From positions 140,058,001-140,122,000 of the forward strand of contig OX597817.1 in NCBI GenBank assembly GCA_951406725.2: 64,000 nt of DNA, written 5' to 3'. Position numbers and translations under genes: made by a program. Numbering within the stretch: position 1 is the stretch's first letter; each line of letters starts with the position of its first letter. This stretch comes from Octopus vulgaris. Its lineage: Eukaryota. A model generated the notes under the pieces. That model saw only the letters and a program-made list of their open reading frames with translations. It was not told the DNA's origin and did no database searches. Shown here one piece after another: positions 1 through 9,960 of the stretch.

Positions 1-372
1 GAAGCTGTTGAAGGGTAGTTTCGTACATAAAAATAAAAATGTGCGTCAGAGTGTGGATAATCTAACCCCATTTACATACATTGGCAACAAATAGATTATC
101 TAGAAATGTTTATAAAAATGACTAGATTATCTGGTGATAAACATGTGTGTGTTGGCTTAGTGTCGATATACTTGTCTTGTGGCAGTGTTGTAAGGGTGAT
201 GTATAATGTATTGTATGATAAGCGTAGTTGCTGTATGATATGTCTAATCTATTGTGTGATAAACACAGATGTTGTGTGATGGATACAACAATAGATTGTA
301 GAGACAACTTATACGGACATCAATTCTTTTGTATCTCGGTGTTGCACTAGTTGTTACGCATCATATCGCTCT

Positions 373-428
<56 letters not shown>

Positions 429-848
429 ACTGCTGCTGCTGCTGCCGCTTACATTTTTGCTTCCTCAAAAAATATTTTAGTCCGTCAAACTACACAGTGA
501 AGCTTTTATCTTTGAATTCAAAGATCAAAACGTTACCGAAAATAGAACGCCAGAAAACAAAGGGCAAAATGAAAATGCATCACATCCCACACCCTCCTAC
601 ACACTACTAAGACTAACAGAAACAAATCCAGCAATAGCAACTGCAGTTAGTGCAGCAAGAGCAACAGCAGCAGCAACGAAAGCAGCAAAAAGTGAAAAAG
701 CAGAAAAATGCATGATAATATTACTAATTCGTTTCGCTATTTAAAACAAGATTTTGTTTGCTAAAGCAAATAATTTCGAATCGGGATTCATTCCCGAAGG
801 AGACGCAGTCTTTTTTGGGCCAACTGCTGTTGTAGCAGTTTATAAGTA

Positions 849-856
849 GTGACAAG

Positions 857-927
<71 letters not shown>

Positions 928-1005
928 GTATGTATATATATGTATATATATATATATATTATATATATATATATATGTATATATATGTATATATATATAT
1001 GTATA

Positions 1006-1080
<75 letters not shown>
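849..1080. repeat. (TA)n microsatellite with TG interruptions
   Basis: Direct reading; source of poly-YI ORFs. Confidence 0.97.
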
Positions 1081-1084
<4 letters not shown>

Positions 1085-1352
1085 GTAATTATGTATACAT
1101 ATACATGCACCTGTACATATGTATGTATACCTATTTACCTACATATACATATATACACACACACACACACGCGCGCGCGCACACGCGCACTCACACACAC
1201 GCATATACATACATACATACACACATATATATATACTCATACATACAAATAAAAGCGTGTATATAAATGTGTGTGTATGTGAGTGTGTGTGTGTGTGTGC
1301 ATTGCATATCAACTTACTTTATAAAATGCGTACCACCACTTCCACCACCACC

Positions 1353-1384
<32 letters not shown>

Positions 1385-1725
1385 CAACAACAACAGCTAC
1401 GTCTATAAAAACAACTCCATAAAAGTGTAACAAGCATAGAAGACGATGTGAATAGCGGAGAGAAATGATGAAATATTGTTGTAGCAATTCTTGCTGTAAC
1501 TGTTGTCTAATGGTCTGGAATTTGTTTAGAAATTCTTCTACAATTTGAAAACATTAGAGAATGGCAAACTATAACACGGTTCTATTTCGACTCGCGTTGC
1601 ACATGGCGTCACACGACAACCCTCCACCCACAACCATTAAATATATAGGAACATATAGATATATATTTATACGTACATATATGCATATAGATACATAAAT
1701 ATATAGATATATACTTAAGCATACA

Positions 1726-1775
<50 letters not shown>

Positions 1776-1781
1776 TATATA

Positions 1782-1980
1782 GGGAGAGTTTACGAAAAAA
1801 CAAAATACGAAGACAGGTGGTGTACAAAGCAAACATATGTATTAGTATAACGCCCAGGAATAGAAAATGTCTTTTACGTTTCGAGCCTACGCTTTTCTAC
1901 AGAAAGGAACACAGAAAAAACAAGGAGAGAAACAAGGAGAGAAAAAAATGTGTGTAGTGGCTAACGATCTATCATGGCGA
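1782..1980 (-). mobile_element. Penelope-like pseudo-LTR remnant with degenerate minimal hammerhead-like motif
   Basis: Homologous to 6040-6240; minus strand reads CTTT-CTGTAGAA-AAGCGTAGGCTC-GAAACGTA-AAAG; (TA)n on both sides. Confidence 0.6.
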
Positions 1981-1982
1981 CC

Positions 1983-2025
<43 letters not shown>

Positions 2026-2572
2026 TCATACAGGTGCACGATGGAAACAAAGATTATCAGATAATATAAATACACAGACAGACAGACAGACACACACGTC
2101 TCCCTCTCTCTCACCCTTACTTCTTGCCCCTACTCCCTTTCTCTTTTGGTGTTTGAACGTTATTGAGGACGTTTTCAAAGTTATCGATGTTATTGATGTT
2201 TCCATTTTTCATTACACAGACAGACAAACAGACACACACACACACGCACACACACACGCACACACACACACACACATGCGCGCGCGCACACACACACACA
2301 CATTTCAAATCACCGTGACGGCCACCCCCACTATATGTCAATGTGAAATAAATGTGCCTCCTCCCATTAAAAATAAAGAACTGAAGCATGACTTTAGAAG
2401 TTCGCTGCTCGACATCATTTCTTCCCGGTTTTTCAACCAGCAACGCTTTTTTTTCTGTTCAAACACAAAAGTATACTAAATATTTTGTTTGTTAGTGTAG
2501 ACATAGCTATGTGGTTTAGAATGTTGCTTCCAAACATACGTACGTATAAATGCATGTATACATATATGCATA

Positions 2573-3097
<525 letters not shown>

Positions 3098-3404
3098 AGG
3101 GAGAGATGGATAGATACGTACCTATGTATATACATACATACACACATATATATCATATATACCCACATATTTTACGTTTCACATGACAAAGGGAGAAGCG
3201 TTCAATATCATAAATGTAGAGTTAATTAAAAAAAAAATTCTACTAACAGATCCAAAATAGCTCAGTCCTGCCTTACGTGGCTGCAATCATTTGCACCAGA
3301 TATGGTTAAAACCGCAACACTTCTCAAATACACAAGCTGATGGATCTATAGGAACGAATTGGTGAAGCCGCTTGAAAACTTTTTCAGAGACCTACTGTGT
3401 GTAC

Positions 3405-3446
<42 letters not shown>

Positions 3447-3455
3447 GAGGGGGAA

Positions 3456-3834
3456 GCACTCCGTCGGTTACGACGACGAGGGTTCCGGTTGATCCGATCA
3501 ATGGAACAGCCTGCTCGTGAAATTAACGTGTAAGTGGCTGAGCACTCCACAGACACGTGTACCCTTAACGTAGTTCTCGGGGATATTCAGCGTGACACAG
3601 AGAGTGACAAGGCCGGTCCTTTGAAATACAGGTACAACAGAAACAGGAAGTAAGAGTGAGAGAAAGTTGTGGTGAAAGAGTACAGCAGGGATCACTACCA
3701 TCCCCTGCCGGAGCCTCGTGGAGCTTTAGGTGTTTTCGCTCAATAAACACTCACAACGCCCGGTCTGGGAATCGAAACCGCGATCCTACGACCGCGTGTC
3801 CGCTGCCCTAACCACTGGGCCATTGCGCCTCCAC
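3456..3834 (-). mobile_element. tRNA-derived SINE, family A, tail type 1
   Basis: Minus strand head GTGGAGGCGCAATGGCCCAGTGGTTAGGGC (A box) ... GTTTCGATTCCC (B box); homologous to 60081, 42136 and 14815 copies. Confidence 0.85.
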
Positions 3835-4322
3835 GTGAGAGAGAGATACTCTGAGAAACTATCAGTAACATAAGTTAATTCCTCTACACACACATACATA
3901 TATTATTATTTCTGCACGTCACAGTGTATGGTGAAAAGCATAAGGTGCAAACTGCGAAACGACATCTTGAACCTGTTAACAGATCTAAATAGATTGTGTT
4001 ACTCTCTCAGAAAACAGCAAAACAAAGGATGTCCGATCGTCTTTTTGGCTCGTTGACTATTTCTCAGAGGACAAGTACCGCTCCATCCTGCTGCCCACAA
4101 AGAGATTGGTAGCAAACTGGTATTTAAGTCAAATAGAAACTAGTTATACGTTTGTAGTTTGTGCGCGCGCGTATATGTGTAGCGGAGAGCTCAGCAGTCC
4201 TCTACTTCAGCGTATTTCAGAATATATTTCATTGGATAATCTTTGAGAGAAAGCTCAAAGAAATCTCTACTGAAAACCATATGACCATCAGGCTGTAATT
4301 TCACCAGTCACAACCGGTTAAC

Positions 4323-4759
4323 GGATTTTTTCGCTTTGACCGGCAGATTTTTTAAAAATAATTTCTTTGTAACTAAACACTTTTAAACTTCGTATACTGG
4401 TTGAATGTGTTTATAAAACATCTTTTTCTCTTGGCTTTCTTGAGAAAATTCTGTAGTTTGTAAGCTATTTGTTGTTTAATTTCTTGCATTTCGGCAATTT
4501 CAACCAACCAATGACGTCTATTGAGGTGAATACAATATCTCCAGATCTTTGTCAACAACAATTATCGTCATTGATTGGTTGAAATTGCCGAAATGCAAGG
4601 AATTAAACAACAAATAGCTTATAAACTACAGAATTTCTCAAGAAAGCCAAGAGAAAAAGATGTTTTATGTAACACATTCTACCAGGATACGAAGTTTAAA
4701 AGTGTTTAGTTACAAAGAAATTATTTAAAAAAAATCTGCCGGTCAAAGCGAAAAGATCC
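4323..4759. mobile_element. Fold-back MITE, ~195-bp TIRs, 9-bp TSD (Mutator/Merlin-like)
   Basis: 4323-4517 is the reverse complement of 4566-4759; CCGGTTAAC duplicated at 4314-4322 and 4760-4768. Confidence 0.9.
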
Positions 4760-4906
4760 CCGGTTAACTAACACGAACGAAGAGGAAGCTATTCCTGTTA
4801 GCCAATAGGAGAATAGCTACAGTTTCAACAGATCATCCACGTGCTACACTTTTGTTTTTTCCCCTTTTCTAGTATATCTGTAAGTTTATATTTACGGACT
4901 CTCCAA

Positions 4907-5138
4907 GGCGGCAAGCTGGCAGAATCGTTAGCACGCCGGGCGAAATACGTAGCCGTATTTCGTCTGTCTTCACGTTCTAAGTTCAAATTTCGCCGAGGTC
5001 GACTTTGCCTTTCATCCTTTCGGGGTCGATAAATAAAGTACCAGTTACGCACTGGGGTCGATGTAATCGACTTAATCCCTTTGTCTGTCTTTGTTTGTCC
5101 CCTCTATGTTTAGCCCCTTTGTGGGCAATAAAGAAATA
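4907..5138 (+). mobile_element. SINE family B, full-length monomer
   Basis: GGCGGCAAGCTGGCAGAATCGTTAGC ... GTTCAAATT ... GTCGACTTTGCCTTTCATCCTTTCGGGGTCG ... AAAGAAATA; near-TSD TATATTTACKGACTCT (4885-4900 / 5139-5154). Confidence 0.88.
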
Positions 5139-5666
5139 TATATTTACTGACTCTTTCTTCCTCAGTTTCGTAGACAATTACTGTTTTGCTTACCTATACG
5201 ACACAGTGATTCTCCTCATTCACATACGAACTATGAGAGAAAACGTTTTCATATACATAAACGTAAAGCCACACATTAAATTCGCCACGTACACATCACG
5301 ACAAAGATGTTTTCAAATACACACACGTACAATCACATTCGTCCCATACACACCACACATAATATTACACACACATGTTCAGAATAACAAAGACGTTGTT
5401 GTCTTTGTTAGATTATTGCATGAAATATTGTCTGTGTTAATTATGCCACAGCAGTTTTTAAAAAAAATATTTCTAAGATTTGTGTTAATTCTGTAATTAT
5501 TAATATTTCGATATGGGAACTTAGTTTGTCATTTCGTTATTAATTATTGCAGTCTTGATCTTCTGTTGGAATTGTGACATTCATGAATACATACATATAC
5601 ACACACACAAATGTGTGTGTGCGCGTGCGTGCGTGTGTGTGTGTGAGTGTGTGTACGTGTGTTTGT

Positions 5667-5705
<39 letters not shown>

Positions 5706-5818
5706 GTAAGCATCAGTGTGCTTGGTTGCATGGTTAGAGGGGAGAGAGAGAGAGAGATAGAGAGGAAGGGAGAGAATGAAATTTTCGAACGAAACAAATG
5801 ATCTTTCGTTAGATTCAA

Positions 5819-5865
<47 letters not shown>

Positions 5866-5935
5866 TATACATATGCATATATACACATTTTTATTTACAT
5901 ATACATATGCATATATATGCATATATATACGTATG

Positions 5936-5990
<55 letters not shown>

Positions 5991-5993
<3 letters not shown>

Positions 5994-6236
5994 ACGGGAA
6001 GGTTTACGAAAATAAACAAAAGACGAAGGCAGGTGGAGAACACCATGATAGGTCGTTAGCTCCTACACGCATTTTTTCTCTCCTTGTTTTTTTTTCTGTG
6101 TATCTTTCTGTCGAAGAGCGTAGGCTCGAAACGTAAAAGACTTGTTCTATTTCTATTCCTGAGCGCCATACTAATACATTTGTTTGTTTGTACTCCACCT
6201 GCCTTCGTCTTTTGTTTATTTTCGTAAACCTTACCG

Positions 6237-6240
<4 letters not shown>
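5991..6240 (+). mobile_element. Miniature Penelope-like element with 48-bp inverted termini and a hammerhead-like motif
   Basis: 5991-6038 inverted at 6193-6240 (1 mismatch); embedded in (TA)n; motif at 6103-6140. Confidence 0.7.
6103..6140 (+). ncRNA. Minimal type I hammerhead-like motif (A6U variant)
   Basis: TCTTT-CTGTCGAA-GAGC(GTAG)GCTC-GAAACGT-A-AAAGA: helix I, helix II and palindromic ACGT helix III. Confidence 0.55.
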
Positions 6241-6300
<60 letters not shown>

Positions 6301-6351
6301 GGCAAAAAAGTCAAGGTAGAAAATGCTAAAATAATTTTATAAAAAACATTT

Positions 6352-6387
6352 CAGTATCGGTTTCGGTCACTGAGACCTTTTCAACTG
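6352..6387 (-). ncRNA. Minimal hammerhead-like motif (U3-A8 variant)
   Basis: Minus strand CAG-TTGAAAA-GGTC(TCAGT)GACC-GAAACCGAT-A-CTG. Confidence 0.5.
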
Positions 6388-6516
6388 TAAGTATTGAAAA
6401 CAATTAAATTTGGAAAAAATTCACTGAAAAGTATTTTAAAAGAATATTTGCATAGTATTCAAACATAAGGGGTATTTTCCTTGTTTCTGCCTGTCTGTGT
6501 GTCTCTTGTTTACTCT

Positions 6517-6608
<92 letters not shown>

Positions 6609-6835
6609 AAGCAGGAGAGTCTAACGACAAATTATTCAGACTGTAATTAGTCTGTAGTCATTTTAACAATGTATATCACAGAGCGGGAACTTCAACCATA
6701 ATACGAGTTCCTTTCGTAGTTTTTTCCTTTGATGTAAAAGGAGGTACGTAAAGTTCTAAACACTCGTTATATATCATGTGATTTCAGCTTAAACCACTCT
6801 TTCTCTCTCTCTCTCTGTGTCTCTTTATCTATATA

Positions 6836-7129
6836 CTAGCAGTATGGCCCGGCGTTGCTCGGGTTTGTAAGGGAAATAACTATATAAGCATTTTTAGAGA
6901 GTTACTTCCCTTATATAAAACCGAGCGAAAAATGGATAAAAAATGCGGAAAAATGATGGTAAATTTTTTTTAAATCGTAGACGCGCGCTAATACCCAGAA
7001 GGGCTCGATATGAATCATGACTATAAGATACCTGCTTTTGGTTAAACTGCTCCGCAAAATGTGGGTGTAGTTAGGAATCTAAATCGAAGGGGACAGACAC
7101 TCACACAACTACAGTTTTATATATAAAGA
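6836..7129 (-). mobile_element. Non-autonomous Helitron
   Basis: Minus strand A|TCTTTATATATAAAA ... CCCGAGCAACGCCGGG hairpin ... CTAG|T; second copy at 63636. Confidence 0.85.
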
Positions 7130-7139
7130 TATATGTAGT

Positions 7140-7780
7140 ATATATATATATACAGAAAACTGAACAAGTTAGGAAACACAAGATGCAAATCTTCCCTCGA
7201 GAAAAGATATTCAGTCAAAAAGAAAGGATTTAGGAAAGTGATAGTAAAGTAAAACAGCATATCATAGCAGTAGAAGACAAGTTCTCCAGATATCAGAAAA
7301 GAATAGATCAGCATCTATAGAATAGATTATTTGAGATAGACAAGAGGAGATTTTATAACCAAATGAATAGCGGAGAACAAAGTACTGAATATGAGAAACC
7401 TAATGGTGAGGAATCTAGAAAGTTCTGGAGTAATATTTGGGATAAACCAGTCAATCATAATGGAGATGCATTATGGTTAAAGAAAGTGACAGAAAAAGTA
7501 ATGAGTAAGAAGCAGCCAGATCTAAGGTTAGCTAATGTATTAATGTGTGAGGTGTTAGGAAAGATGCCGAATTGGAAGGGCCCAGGACTAAATTTAGTTC
7601 AAGGTTACTGGCTAAAGGGATTCAGTAGTTTACATGGGAGGCTTAGGGAACAACTTCAGGATTGCCTTAATGGAGGAATAATACCAGATTGGATGACTTG
7701 AGGGAAGACAATACTCGTTATGAAAGATAAGGGCAAGGGTAATACAGTTTGCAACTATAGACCAATCACTTGTCTATACA
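7140..7780 (+). pseudogene. R4/Dong-clade retrotransposon ORF fragment (pre-RT region)
   Basis: RRFYNQM..FWSNIW..NWKGPG..YWLK..PDWMT*GKT..NYRPITCL, homologous to the 50.7-54.4 kb element; internal stop. Confidence 0.85.
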
Positions 7781-8731
7781 TTAAAGTTGACTGAAATTGA
7801 TAGGTGGATTATGTGACTGAATTGGGTGCGTACGGATTCATGTCAGCATTGAGGTCGTGTTCAGTTCCCGTGGTTCAGCCCGTCTTTTTTCAGTCAATTG
7901 TTAAGGTTTAGTCGCTTTTAAATGGAACATATATTATTATTATATAAATATAATATAGTTACAGTCATTTTTGAAAAGGACTTGTGTGTCGCTCTTCTCC
8001 GTAATTTATGGCCTTCTGGTTTGTTTCCAAATTCATAAACATATATATTTGAATGAGTGGGTGTGCGTGTGTATGGTTACAATAAATGGTGTATAAATGG
8101 CGATAAATGGCGACCTGGCAGCTGGAGTCTTAGAGTAGCTGTCCACCGAAGTTCCATATAATATGGGAATGAAAAAGGAAAAGGAGGAAAATACAATGTT
8201 ACTAAAACAAAGACACATTCACAAGTAGACAAACAAATGGTTTGATTAGGGTATAATCAATTTGGCGAGGAAACTAAAGAGAAAATATTACGACGATGAC
8301 CACCACAGATCTACAATGGAAGAATTCACCACGTGTAGTTGAGGGTAAAAGAAATCGTTGAACGACAGTAAGTACGTCCAAAATTTATAAAGCAGTGACA
8401 TACATACATACATAGATACTTGTAGCACACATGTATATACGTGCAGAGTGAAAATAAATCACACTATTTATTGTGACGGACTACACTGCAAAAAAATCAA
8501 AAATTTCATTTCTGTTTACAAACTTTCTCCGTGTCTATACGCACAAATACTTTTATGTATACACACGCAATATTTAAGAAAAAAAGGAATATACACAAAA
8601 AAGAACGAAACATGTGTATATACACACACAATATTTGAGAACAAGGAATACACACAAAAAAGAACGAATCAAAACAAATATTTTATATTTTACTTTTATC
8701 GTATTGTTGTTTACATTTTCTGTCTCTACGG

Positions 8732-9960
8732 ATGACCAGAACCAACAGAATCGCCATGGTGAAATCCATAGCGGCGTGCGATAAGACTGGTCGCTGCTCT
8801 AAAATAGAACACTGCCCAGAAAATCACACCTGCCACATCTGTACGGAACCCGAAAATACGTTCCGTAATCGCTGGGTCGAATGTGGGACATGTCTCATCT
8901 CTGTCTGCCTCCAATGTGCCACGGACTTTCAGAAGATCCCAGGCCAAAAAAAGAGCCATCATAATGCTATGATGGATAGACTCTGGAAGATGGTTCAGCT
9001 TAAATCTTGGACTTTTCAGTGTCAGGCCTGCGTGCCTCCACAACCGACGATTGTGTCTCCCCTGCCACTCCCGTGGAGGAGGCGGAACAGCAACAGCAGC
9101 AACAACAAAATCAACCACAACCAGAGCAGCAGCAACAACAACAACAACAACAACAGCAGCAGCAACAACTAGAGCAGCAGCAGCAGCAACAACAAAATCA
9201 ACCACAACCAGAGCAGCAGCAACAACAAAATCAACCACAACCAGAGCAGCAGCAACAACAACATCAACAACAACAACAGCAACAACAAAATCAACCACAA
9301 CCAGAGCAACAGCAGCAACAACAACAACACCAATTGACCAGTGCGGTTCTTGCAGAACTGCAACAATCGATCTGTGCTTTAAAAGGGGAAGTAGCAGGAA
9401 TAAAAGCAACCATTCAGGTTGGACTCCACAATGAGGGGTCTTATCGGAATGCTCTGCTAAAGAACCTCCCTGTACCTGTACCTCTTGTCGCATTTAAGAC
9501 CGCGGATTCTGCCACCCATGAAGTCATTGCCATTGGGGTGCCAGAAGACATGGCTGATCTTCAGGCTTTTGCTGCCAACTCAGCCAAAGACCTAGGCTGC
9601 GTTCCCCCAACGGGTGCTATCCGCCTTGGACGACCTGGCCCAAAACCTAGGCTCATCAAGTTGTCTTTTACGGACCCCACTGAGGCAACCTCTTACCATC
9701 TGGCCTCAGTTAAAGCTGGGCGGGAAAATCGGACCACCTTCCGAACACGCCCAGGCTTACCGTCCGATGTACGTCCGAAGCTACGTGTAGTGGCTTCCCT
9801 GAATAGGAACTCAGCTCTACAGGAAAGCTTCAGTCTTCGGGAAGATGGACAAATCTGGAGATTTGTCAAGACTGCTGAAACGTGGAAGAGAGATACCAGC
9901 TGGTCTGAGTGCTCTCTACCCACAATAACTAAAAAGACTACAGCAACTCAGGGAAACTAA
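8732..9960 (+). CDS. LINE ORF1p: PHD-type Cys-rich finger, poly-Q tract, coiled coil, RRM-like region; one frameshift near 9059-9062
   Basis: CHIC..WVECGTC..CLQC..FQCQAC in ORF 8732-9172 joins ORF 9007-9960 (IAIGVPED, RLGRPGPKPRLIKLSF) if one C is added to a C4 run. Confidence 0.8.

Noticed and set aside
8556-8670. ~60-bp imperfect tandem duplication upstream of LINE ORF1
   Set aside because: May be 5' UTR repeats, but the element's 5' boundary and TSD could not be fixed
8726-9493. 255-aa hydrophobic minus-strand ORF
   Set aside because: Antisense shadow of the poly-Q ORF1
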